Of a DNA stretch of 45,066 nucleotides, positions 37,266-45,066 are shown piece after piece. The translations under genes and the position numbers were made by a program. How positions within the stretch are numbered: the first letter of the stretch is position 1; each line of letters opens with the position of its first letter. This DNA is from an uncultured Eubacteriales bacterium. Lineage in GTDB: Bacteria; Bacillota; Clostridia; Christensenellales; Aristaeellaceae. The DNA is taken from positions 1-45,066 of the forward strand of contig CACWXY010000067.1 in the NCBI GenBank assembly GCA_902764915.1, read 5' to 3'. The notes under the pieces are model-generated. The model was not told where the DNA came from and made no database searches. It saw only the letters and a list, made by a program, of their open reading frames with translations.

Positions 37266-38237
37266 ATGAACGGAAAGCATGCAGTAAAAGTCTCTGATAA
37301 GAGAGTTCGGTACAGCTTCGAGCTGGTGCGGAATATCACCGTCGTTCAGGGCAACAGCGGCACGGGCAAAACGACACTGTTTGATATGATATCTGCCTAT
37401 ACCAGGCTCAAGGAAAGAAGCGGCGTACAGATTGTCTGCGACAAGGCATGCGTTGCTCTTCACGCCGATTCAGACTGGCAGGCAAGGCTCAGAAGTATTC
37501 ATGACAGCATTGTCTTCATTGACGAGGATGCAGAATACATCGCGTCACATGCCTTTGCCTCATCCATCTGTCATACGGATAACTACTATGTCATCTTCTG
37601 CAGGGAATCCCTTCACGAACTCCCGTACAGTGTGGAGGAGATTTACGAAATCAAGACCAGTAAAAGGCTTCATACTTTCAAGAAGATGTATCGCCGGCAG
37701 AAGGATTATGTGTACGCCAAAGCTGAGGGAAGGGCAAAGACTTCTGCTTTACTGACAGAAGACTCGCATGCAGGGTATCAGTTTTACCTGCATCATTACG
37801 ATGGCACATCGGTTGTCTGCAGTTCTGCCGGCTCAAATTCAAGCATCTTTTCATGGCTTCAGGTGCATCACGATGAAAAAGTGTTTGTTGTTGCCGATGG
37901 TGCTGCTTTCGGCTCGGAGATGAACCGCGTCATGAAATTGCAGCACCAGTTTCCTGACAAGATCACCCTATGCCTGCCAGAATGCTTTGAGTGGCTGATC
38001 CTGCAATCGGGACTGATCGATATACCAGGCCTGGATGCACTGCTCGAAAGCCCAAGCGAAAGCATCGATTCACAGCGGTATTTCAGTTGGGAGAACTTTT
38101 TCGAAGAATACTTGATTCAGCAGACAGCCGGTACTCATTACGCATATTCCAAGTCGCAGATTCACAGGTTCTACACAGTGCGGGAGAACAGCAACAGAAT
38201 CGTAGCGCTGATCGCAGCCAATATGCCGAAATCATGA
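37266..38237 (+). CDS. P-loop NTPase (ABC/SMC-like Walker A).
   Basis: Walker A is VVQGNSGTGKTTLFDMI. A Walker-B-like SIVFIDEDAEYI is present. A C-terminal ~150-aa domain reads ...KVFVVADGAAFGSEMNRV.... The stop is 2 nt before the RT start. Confidence 0.6.
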   Translation: MNGKHAVKVSDKRVRYSFELVRNITVVQGNSGTGKTTLFDMISAYTRLKERSGVQIVCDKACVALHADSDWQARLRSIHDSIVFIDEDAEYIASHAFASSICHTDNYYVIFCRESLHELPYSVEEIYEIKTSKRLHTFKKMYRRQKDYVYAKAEGRAKTSALLTEDSHAGYQFYLHHYDGTSVVCSSAGSNSSIFSWLQVHHDEKVFVVADGAAFGSEMNRVMKLQHQFPDKITLCLPECFEWLILQSGLIDIPGLDALLESPSESIDSQRYFSWENFFEEYLIQQTAGTHYAYSKSQIHRFYTVRENSNRIVALIAANMPKS

Positions 38238-38238
38238 C

Positions 38239-39303
38239 ATGCGCAAGTTTGATTATGATAGGATTTGTGACTTTGGCAATCTCTACCGCGCCTATCTTGC
38301 TTCAAGACGAAGCAAGCGCGGTACTCGGGAAGTCATTCAATTCGAGATGAATGTAGGCCCAAATCTCTGTCAGTTACAGGAAGAACTCAGGAACCAGACT
38401 TATCGGCTTAGCGGTTACTACCACTTTACCATCCATGATCCGAAGGTCAGGGAGATCTACGCCCTGCACTATCGTGACCGGATTCTGCAGCACAGCCTTT
38501 GTGATAATGTGCTGGCTCCATATTTTGAGAATCATCTCATCTATGACAACGCAGCCTGTCGGACCGGAAAAGGAACCCTCTTTGCAATTAACCGGCTCAA
38601 CGGATTTATGCATGATCATTTCCGACAGCATGGAACTGACGGCTACTTTCTGAAGTGTGACATCCGCAAGTTCTTTGACAGTATTGATCATCAGATCTTG
38701 CAGCAGAGACTTGCGGCGATTGTTGACGATCCGAGAACGCTGCAGCTTCTCTTTCACATCATTGACAGTTACAAGGTGTCTCCCGGGAAAGGGATTCCCA
38801 TGGGGAACCAGACCAGCCAGTGGTTTGCCCTGTTTTATCTGGATCCGCTCGATCGTCTTGTCAAAGAAAAGCTCCGAATCAAATACTATACCCGATACAT
38901 GGATGACTGCATTCTGGTGCATCACAGCAAGGAGGCGCTCCACCAAGCTCTGTCTCAGATGCGGGAATTGGTTGAAAGCCTTGGGCTTTCTTTCAACGAA
39001 AAGACCCAGGTTTTCCCCATTGTTCACGTTGTTGAGTATTTGGGATGGCGTTTCTATCTGACGGAAACCGGCGCTGTGGTTCGCAGGCTGAAGAAGCACA
39101 GCAAGATCCGATGGAAGCATAGGCTGCGGAAGCTCAAGGCCCTCTATGCTTCAGGCGATGTAGAAGTCTCAAAGATCCTTGAAAGCGTTCAGAGCTTTCA
39201 TAACCACATGAGTTACGGGAATACATGGAAATTGTATCACGGCGTCATGGACAACTATGTTTTGACAAGAGAAACAAGAAACCCGAGAGTACCTCCTTCA
39301 TAA
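38239..39303 (+). CDS. Diversity-generating retroelement (DGR) reverse transcriptase.
   Basis: - The N-terminus reads ICDFGNLYRAYLASRRSKRGTREVIQFE....
- RT motifs: FTIHDPKVREIYALHYRDRILQHSL (1/2), FLKCDIRKFFDSIDH (A), GIPMGNQTSQWFALFYLDPLD (DGR-specific I/MGxxxSQ motif), YTRYMDDCIL (YxDD). Confidence 0.9.
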   Translation: MRKFDYDRICDFGNLYRAYLASRRSKRGTREVIQFEMNVGPNLCQLQEELRNQTYRLSGYYHFTIHDPKVREIYALHYRDRILQHSLCDNVLAPYFENHLIYDNAACRTGKGTLFAINRLNGFMHDHFRQHGTDGYFLKCDIRKFFDSIDHQILQQRLAAIVDDPRTLQLLFHIIDSYKVSPGKGIPMGNQTSQWFALFYLDPLDRLVKEKLRIKYYTRYMDDCILVHHSKEALHQALSQMRELVESLGLSFNEKTQVFPIVHVVEYLGWRFYLTETGAVVRRLKKHSKIRWKHRLRKLKALYASGDVEVSKILESVQSFHNHMSYGNTWKLYHGVMDNYVLTRETRNPRVPPS

Positions 39304-39338
39304 TCGCTGAATGAGAGTCAAAACAGATGATCGTCCGC

Positions 39339-39376
39339 AACCGCTGCTCAGCATTTGTCTGGCAGCGGTTTTTCTC
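39339..39376 (+). terminator. Rho-independent terminator after the RT (AACCGCTGC ... GCAGCGGTT followed by TTTTTCT).
   Basis: Seen directly in the sequence. Confidence 0.6.
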
Positions 39377-39663
39377 TGCTGTCATTTGGGTCTTGACAAC
39401 TACTCAGCCATGATACAGTTCTTCGTATAGGACGGTTGTCTTTCCGTGTGTTACTGCACCGTAGATAGAGGGGACAGGAATACAGCGCCTGCGCATTTCC
39501 AACATTGTCCCCCGTTCAATTTCTGTTGTGATCTTCGCCACAAATACCTGCGGGAACACACCATCTTACGACACCAACGGCTTACCTTTCGTAGTGACCT
39601 TTACGCATTTATAGTCACTGGTAAATGCTGTGCCCTGGAACAGTATACTGCATAGTGGATAAG

Positions 39664-39803
39664 GTTGCATGTGACTATGCAATTATGCGCCAATGAAAAA
39701 ACGATGCCCTGGATCAGGTGATGCAGATTACCTGCGTATATGATAATAGCCATACATCTTGTTTGATTTTTGCAGGATGTATGGCTTTTATGTTCTTATT
39801 CAA
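39664..39803. repeat. ~140-bp direct repeat, copy B (see 33494–33630). It contains a perfect terminator hairpin, AGCCATACATC...GATGTATGGCT-TTT.
   Basis: Seen directly in the sequence. Confidence 0.7.
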
Positions 39804-39814
39804 TTCTATCAATA

Positions 39815-40075
39815 TTAGGAATGTTGGATGGAACCAGGCATGTCGATCTTCCCGCGAATCACAGACAGATCTTCTTTGTGGCTGAGGTATTCGCGATACA
39901 GCCCCTGTTTCAATTGCCGTCCGATGCCTTTTGCAAGGATGGCGGCAAAAAGGTTGTGCAGGTTCTCAAATGCCTCTGTCTCTACGCTTTCGTAGCCGCC
40001 CTGATGCAGCGCCGTGAAAGCATAGGACAGCATGTAGTAAATGTTCCTGATGAAGATACTCTTATCCTTCGTCAT
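39815..40075 (-). pseudogene. N-terminal fragment (86 aa) of an McrC-like subunit of the McrBC restriction system.
   Basis: The fragment reads MTKDKSIFIRNIYYMLSYAFTALHQ...RGKIDM. It matches the conserved McrC N-terminus (E. coli: IPVRNIYYMLTYAWGYLQ...IKGRIEF). The remaining ~260 aa are missing. Confidence 0.55.
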
Positions 40076-40316
40076 TGAAACACACCACGCAGTATATTCT
40101 CCCAGCGCTGCAGCCTGCCTGCGTCATCGAACCAGTACTCGCTCAGCATGGGAAGAATCTTATCGAGCTCCGGCACCACCCGGTAAATGCGGAAGGGCTG
40201 ATCCCGCAACTGGCGGGATTCCACCATGGAGGAGGTCGCCTCGGATGCGAAGCCCTCCGTGTGATCCAGCACCAGGTAGGTGGTGGACATATACCCGTGC
40301 TTTCCGTCAGGGGCGG

Positions 40317-40721
40317 TCACCTCATACCAGCTGCTGTTGGTCTTGGCGATGACCTGTACAAAGGAGCCGTTTTATAGGTCGCCAGCACCTTGTACTTGGT
40401 GCCCGGCCCGGAGTGCAGGCGCAGGGTGCCTTTCCGGGTTTCCGCGCCGGAAAAGTCCGTGTTCACCCGCCAGACCTCCGTCCGGTTATCGTCACCAGGA
40501 GCGGTAAAGTTCACGCGGGGCGTCATGGCGGCAGGCACCGGAGCGCGAAGAATGCAGCCCTCCGCCAGCCGCTGCCATTTCCCAGCTTCATCGATGGGAT
40601 GCACCAGAGTCAATTCATATTCGCCGTTCAGCGTTTCCGTGACCTCCGCCGACAACGGAGCCAGGGTTCCGTTGCCGTTAGTAGAGAAGTCGGTGCAGTC
40701 GGCGGGATAGACGCAGATCAT
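40317..40721 (-). pseudogene. Phage tail-fibre / tail-endopeptidase (Tal-like) N-terminal fragment. The adjacent ORF 40072..40320 is an unassigned fragment.
   Basis: The fragment reads MICVYPADCTDFSTNGNGTLAPLSAEVTETLNGEYELTLVHPIDEAGKW.... This resembles the N-terminus of siphovirus Tal / prophage-tail proteins (M.I.LYD..F..NG.G.L......V.EELNGEYEL). The RBS is ggaggtg. Confidence 0.4.
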
Positions 40722-40799
40722 GGGGATCACCTCCAGATGGGTATGAAAATAGCCCCGTCCATGCTGAACGAGGCTTGAGTATTAAATCGCTGTAGACGA

Positions 40800-41209
40800 T
40801 TATGCCTGCATTTTTTGATTAATCCGATTGACCTTCATCCGAATGCTTACATAGATAATCAGCCAGATTGCAGCAAAGGCTGCAATAAATATCAGGGTAA
40901 ATGCTCCGATCCTTTCAACGGGAAGCCAGCCGTTCAGAAGATAGATTCCCATATAGTCAATATAAAGCACTGCCATTTGGATAAGCGCTGCCATTGGCTT
41001 GGGCAGGGTTTCGATCTGATAGACAATGGAAACACCAGCGGCAATAAACGCCATTACTGTTGTTGAAATAATTCCAAGCACGACCTGGTCAACCGCCAAT
41101 GTTTCCAGAACGCCAGCTGCTTTCAGGCACAGCCATACAATCGCCATAATCACAGGGCCACCCCATGCGGCAACCAGTCCTCGCTTACAGAAATTCTTCA
41201 CATGCTTAT
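40800..41209 (-). CDS. DUF3021-type 4-TM membrane protein, the usual partner of LytTR regulators.
   Basis: The protein reads MNKHVKNFCKRGLVAAWGGPVIMAIVWL.... It sits immediately downstream of, and abutting, the LytTR gene. Confidence 0.65.
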
Positions 41210-41650
41210 TCATAATCCGTACCTCCTCTTCAAATCCGAGAAGCATCTTCTTGAAATGCATTCGGTATATCCGCTTTTGAAAACAGCATCGACAGCCCCG
41301 GAAAGCTGCACGCGGAATCGACCTATGTGTGACCAGTTGGCAATCGCTGATTTGCTGATCCGCTCATAATGGCCCGGCAGATTCTTCTCTAACTCGTACA
41401 GTCTTTTCCTGATCAGGTACTGTTTTCCGTCCTGACAATGAGCATAAGTCCGCTCCCCTTCAACGAAGAAACAATCAATCTCCCTCAGATCGAGCATGAC
41501 GATTTCTTCTTCCTCATAACCGGGAATCTGGTCTGTCAGACTGTCCTGTGTCACAAGGCGTTCTATCTCATCGATCAATGGCGTCCGTTGATGAACGGTT
41601 GCTACGATTTCCTCTTCATGGTTCCGATCCAGCTGCAGCTTGAAGATCAT
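41210..41650 (-). CDS. LytTR-family DNA-binding protein (stand-alone).
   Basis: The protein reads ...IVMLDLREIDCFFVEGERTYAHCQDGKQYLIRKRLYELEKNLPGHYERISKSAIANWSHI.... The RBS is ggaggtg. Confidence 0.7.
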   Translation of the reverse strand: MIFKLQLDRNHEEEIVATVHQRTPLIDEIERLVTQDSLTDQIPGYEEEEIVMLDLREIDCFFVEGERTYAHCQDGKQYLIRKRLYELEKNLPGHYERISKSAIANWSHIGRFRVQLSGAVDAVFKSGYTECISRRCFSDLKRRYGL

Positions 41651-41761
41651 CTATCTGATCACCTCCTACAGTTGGCATTATACAAAGAGAAAATCAGTTT
41701 GTCAGGAAATTTCGGTATTCGGTATTTTTGAAGAGGTAAACGGTCATTTTTCGTACTGCTA

Positions 41762-42460
41762 TTAAAGATATCGCCAATTCGGCTTGATAACCACCTTCGT
41801 CACTACTCCCGTCCACGATATGGCATTCGTGCCGGGCTTCAGCACCGGGAACTCACCGTTCATGTGATCGTTCATCAGGGTAGTACCCTGATAGGCTTCC
41901 TGCAGCATGGAGTCGATAACGATGCTCCCGGAGATGTTCTCCAGTTCCACGATGGTCGTGCCCACCATGAGCGTGATGTTCCCGGAGCCTGTGACCGTCA
42001 GGATCGGCTCAGAATGCACGCAGCCCGGATTCGTGATGATCGTCCCGGATGCGGTGACTGTGATGTCAGTGGCAGCGTCGGCATAGAAGAACGGATAGCA
42101 GCGGAAGTTGACGGCAAAGGTACAGTGCGGATTGCCCCGGAGCACCTTTTCAAAAGGGACCTGGTTGGCGATCCGCGCTTTATAGTAGCCACCCGTCCGG
42201 TTGGCAAAGGTCACGGTGCCGCTGCCTTTCAGCCAGGCGGCAATAGCCGGGATCTGCGCCGGATCGGAGATAAAGCAAGTGGCAGTCAGGATCATGTCGT
42301 CATACACGTCTTCGCCTTCCAGCTGCGTCAGGCTCCCCGGCCTGCCGGGCACATTGGTCTGGGTGCTTCGCTCCAGCGGGATGGTAATAGGCGGCTGCTC
42401 CGTCACGTGGATGCCGTAGGTGCGGCAGTCCACCCCGTTCCAGAGAAAATAGTCCTGCAT
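41762..42460 (-). CDS. Siphovirus-type distal tail protein (Dit / Sipho_tail family).
   Basis: The 232-aa protein is beta-rich: MQDYFLWNGVDCRTYGIHVTEQPPITIPLERSTQTNVPGRPGSL.... Length and motifs are typical of the Dit N-domain. The RBS is ggagag. Confidence 0.55.
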   Translation of the reverse strand: MQDYFLWNGVDCRTYGIHVTEQPPITIPLERSTQTNVPGRPGSLTQLEGEDVYDDMILTATCFISDPAQIPAIAAWLKGSGTVTFANRTGGYYKARIANQVPFEKVLRGNPHCTFAVNFRCYPFFYADAATDITVTASGTIITNPGCVHSEPILTVTGSGNITLMVGTTIVELENISGSIVIDSMLQEAYQGTTLMNDHMNGEFPVLKPGTNAISWTGVVTKVVIKPNWRYL

Positions 42461-42505
42461 ATAGACTCTCCTCGCGCTTTGAATGATTGTATGATATGAT
42501 TCTTA

Positions 42506-42524
42506 TATCCCCCCAGGGGGGATA
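42506..42524. promoter_or_regulatory. Perfect 19-bp GC palindrome TATCCCCCCAGGGGGGATA, a CsoR/RcnR-type operator overlapping the csoR-like promoter/RBS region.
   Basis: Seen directly in the sequence. CsoR-family operators are GC-tract inverted repeats of this form. Confidence 0.55.
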
Positions 42525-42537
42525 AGGAGGATGCGTT

Positions 42538-42816
42538 ATGAGTGAACACGCGCATAAGCATACGGAAACCAAAAACGTCATCAACCGCATATCCAGAGCT
42601 TCCGGGCATCTGGAAGCAATCAAGAAGATGGTGGAGGAAGAACGGGACTGCAGCGAGATTCTGATCCAACTTGCAGCTGTGCGCTCCGCGATCAACAGCA
42701 TCGGAAAAATCGTTCTTGCCGATCATATGGAGCACTGCATTGCGGAGGCTGTTGAGCACGGGGATCACGACGCACTGGACCGCTTCAACGACGCCATCGC
42801 CAAATTCCTGAAGTGA
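42538..42816 (+). CDS. CsoR/RcnR/FrmR-family metal-sensing transcriptional repressor.
   Basis: The 92-aa protein has ...RISRASGHLEAIKKMVEEERDCSEILIQLAAVRSAINSIGKIVLADHMEHCI.... The conserved C-x-H-C ligand pattern is present (C47, H73, C77 by approximate count). The RBS is aaggagg. Confidence 0.8.
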   Translation: MSEHAHKHTETKNVINRISRASGHLEAIKKMVEEERDCSEILIQLAAVRSAINSIGKIVLADHMEHCIAEAVEHGDHDALDRFNDAIAKFLK

Positions 42817-42825
42817 GGCTACGAC

Positions 42826-43692
42826 ATGAACCGTGCAATCTTTTATGCGGTGCTGGCTGCAGCACTGTATGCTTTGAATTCACCGTTGTCAAAGCTCCTG
42901 CTGAACAGTGTGCCGCCGACCATGATGGCTGGCTTTCTGTATCTTGGCGCTGGAATTGGCATGGCTCTCATGGGTCTTGCCCGAAGAAAAACAGGGTATG
43001 GGAAGCAGGAAATGTGTCTGACGAAAAAAGACCTGCCGTATACGCTTGGGATGGTCGCGCTGGATATTGCCGCTCCGATCTTCCTGATGATTGGCCTGAC
43101 CCGCACCACAGCGGCAAACGCCTCTCTGCTGAACAGTTTTGAGATCGTCGCCACTTCTCTCATTGCATTGCTGGTTTTCAAAGAAATAATCGGCAAACAG
43201 CTGTGGATCGCTATTGGTCTGATCACCCTGTCCAGTATTTTGCTTTCCGTTGAGGATGCCAGCAGCTTTCAGTTCTCCTTCGGCTCGCTTTTCGTGTTGG
43301 GTGCCTGCGTCTGCTGGGGTCTGGAGAACAACTGCACCCGCTGCCTGTCCAGGAGCGATCCGCTGGAGATTGTGGTCATCAAGGGATTCGGCTCCGGTAT
43401 CGGCTCAGTCATTATTGGACTGATCGTCGGTGAAGCGCTGCCCCTGTGGAGTGACATTCTGAAAATCATGCTCCTGGGCTTTGTTGCCTACGGCCTCAGC
43501 ATCTACTTTTATGTATACGCGCAGCGTGATCTCGGCGCGGCAAAAACCAGCGCCTATTATGCAATCGCGCCCTTTATTGGTGTACTTTTGTCCTTTATCA
43601 TCTTCCGGGAGATCCCCGGTGTGCTGTTCTTTATTGCGCTGGGTATTATGATCGCGGGCGCCTGGCTGGTAAACCGTGATCAACCAGACTGA
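42826..43692 (+). CDS. DMT-superfamily (EamA-like) transporter, 10 TM helices.
   Basis: It has two EamA-like repeats and is hydrophobic throughout. Confidence 0.8.
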   Translation: MNRAIFYAVLAAALYALNSPLSKLLLNSVPPTMMAGFLYLGAGIGMALMGLARRKTGYGKQEMCLTKKDLPYTLGMVALDIAAPIFLMIGLTRTTAANASLLNSFEIVATSLIALLVFKEIIGKQLWIAIGLITLSSILLSVEDASSFQFSFGSLFVLGACVCWGLENNCTRCLSRSDPLEIVVIKGFGSGIGSVIIGLIVGEALPLWSDILKIMLLGFVAYGLSIYFYVYAQRDLGAAKTSAYYAIAPFIGVLLSFIIFREIPGVLFFIALGIMIAGAWLVNRDQPD

Positions 43693-44070
43693 AAAGAAGC
43701 CGCCCGAAAGCGGCCTCCTCTCAGCCATTCTTCAGTCGATTCTGCGGACGCGGTCTATCCCATGGATCGCCGCCAGTGTTGAGCCGTTGGCCCAGGCAAT
43801 ATTCATTGCATATTTTCCGAGGCATTTTCCGAAATTGAGATCCGTGTTTTGTCCCTCGGTAAAATGAAAGATATTGCAGGAACAGCAGAAATACTTGAAT
43901 CTGCCACCTTTGTTAGCTGAGTTTTCCACGAATCCTTGCTGGGGATTTCTTCGTTTGCCCGTTCCAGCGTTAGCAATCTAACAATTATACAGCTGGCATG
44001 ATGCCCATCTCCAGATCTGAAAGAGGCGCGAAATCCTTATGTAGAGCCAGTTTCCGCCATCACATCCGCT

Positions 44071-44421
44071 TTGGATAGAGATTGGTCACAGGAAAAGAGC
44101 TCAAAGCAAACAAATGTGACAGTCGTTAGCAGAGTCGTTAGACCCCGTGACAACCAAGACAAACAGAACATTCAGGCATCCATTGACCGGACCTCCTTTG
44201 TGGGAAATCGCACAGGGCTGGCAAGTGCAAAGGGTGCCTATTTTAAGTCCAGGAACATTGGTCTCGCCGAGGCGCTGACGCTGCTGTTCATTGGGCTCAA
44301 GCTGTGCGAGGTTATCGACTGGCCGTGGCTGTGGGTTCTCAGTCCCATCTGGATTACCCTGGCCTTCGTCCTCTCTGTCGCAGTTTTGATTTTCATTCTG
44401 AAGAAGATTGCGGAGAAATAA
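44071..44421 (+). CDS. Hypothetical small protein with a C-terminal 2-TM region. The start is uncertain.
   Basis: The ORF is ...LTLLFIGLKLCEVIDWPWLWVLSPIWITLAFVLSVAVLIFILKKIAEK. Confidence 0.3.
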   Translation: MDRDWSQEKSSKQTNVTVVSRVVRPRDNQDKQNIQASIDRTSFVGNRTGLASAKGAYFKSRNIGLAEALTLLFIGLKLCEVIDWPWLWVLSPIWITLAFVLSVAVLIFILKKIAEK

Positions 44422-44938
44422 AAACTGAAACTGGCTGACTTTACTTGGGTGAAGTGGTGGCGTGGGGGCGGGGTCACTTCTCCACGGTGAAGTCCCCTGA
44501 AGACCGGCGGCCCCTCTTGTGTGGAAAAACGCAAAATTGAGGCCCGGGGGTCCATTGGGTATTCGGCGAAATATGAAATACCTGATTCGGCGCGTCATGA
44601 GAAGCAGACAGTTCCGCCGGATGAGCCCGCAGAAAACCAGAAAACCGCTTGAAACGGCCATGAATCACTTGAAATCAAGCCGTTTTAAGCGATTTTTCTT
44701 TGAGAAGACTGTGATTCAGATTTCCGGCGCAGAATGGAAAGGGCGGGAGCAAGCACCGCCATATATGCACTGTGACAGCCTTCCGATTTTCGGGTGGTTT
44801 TTGAAGGAATATCGGGTGTTTTTTGAGAAAACGGACGGACTCTTGGCGCGACATGAAAAAAATGTTTTATCGACCTTGTAAAACAGCCCCTCCCACGACA
44901 GTATATGGGAGGAACTTTTTCTGGAAGGAGGGCAGGAT

Positions 44939-45066
44939 GATGGAGCTGCTGACAACCCAGGAGAAACAGGAATTCTTGATCGCAGCAGCGACACGGTTTT
45001 GCCCGAACTGCGGTGCGGCGATCATACAGCCGCCGAGAGGCAGGATGAAAAGGTTTTGCTCAGATG
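44939..45066 (+). CDS. 5' end of an ORF encoding a zinc-ribbon protein (RFCPNCGAAI...KRFC). It runs off the window.
   Basis: The ORF begins MMELLTTQEKQEFLIAAATRFCPNCGAAIIQPPRGRMKRFCSD, preceded by ggaagg-agg. Confidence 0.3.

Noticed and set aside
40072-40320. McrB C-terminus upstream of the McrC fragment
   Set aside because: Position suggested McrB. But the sequence shows no GTPase motifs, and it is contiguous with a phage-tail-like N-terminal fragment. The assignment is unsupported.

Overview
This window looks like a 45 kb accessory-rich stretch of a high-GC Firmicutes (Clostridia-like gut commensal) chromosome. All calls below come from reading the sequence and ORF translations by eye; nothing was searched or computed.

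Roughly 14.5–27.3 kb is housekeeping: tRNA-Ala, an MFS transporter, a NUDIX hydrolase, an AraC regulator, a three-gene sugar ABC transporter, a GH2 glycosidase, a MazG-like pyrophosphohydrolase and an AAA ATPase. The rest is mosaic.

- **Left end (1–4.3 kb):** a 5'-truncated IS4-family transposase remnant, a cluster of GTACGCA repeats, and two direct copies of a tRNA 3'-half. These bracket a 3.3 kb mini-island carrying an XRE regulator, a GNAT acetyltransferase and a GGDEF cyclase. An 11-mer, CGATGTGAACG, recurs six times here, once as a perfect palindrome.
- **4.3–13.4 kb:** zinc-ribbon membrane proteins, two secreted proteins (one LRR/BspA-like), and a split 7TM-sensor / histidine kinase / LuxR response-regulator operon.
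- **Main finding (27.5–39.8 kb):** an island immediately downstream of tRNA-Ser(GCT) that carries a diversity-generating retroelement (DGR). Its reverse transcriptase has the DGR hallmarks (MGNQTSQ, YMDD), and an Asn/AAC-rich template repeat (TR) sits about 3 kb downstream of the target gene.
  - The target is an 861-aa protein with an N-terminal zinc ribbon, a clear TIR domain (DVFICYKE ... WVKNEW), a coiled coil and a C-terminal C-type-lectin-fold domain (WWLRSPG ... GCVRPALW) that holds the variable repeat (VR).
  - It is preceded by a YdjI-like SPFH/band-7 protein carrying several zinc ribbons, and a divergent HTH regulator.
  - The cassette is atypical: a translationally coupled 145-aa protein and a 323-aa P-loop ATPase lie between TR and RT. 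An AT-rich insert with a BRCT protein, a small serine recombinase and a truncated DUF262 fragment lies between VR and TR. The whole 6 kb module is bracketed by ~140 bp direct repeats, each containing a terminator hairpin.
  - VR and TR differ mostly, but not only, at TR adenines, so current activity is uncertain.
- **Right end (39.8–45 kb):** a decayed prophage tail region (distal tail protein Dit, a tail-fibre N-terminal fragment) with an inserted LytTR/DUF3021 pair and an McrC fragment, then a CsoR-like repressor with a perfect 19 bp GC palindrome operator and a DMT transporter.
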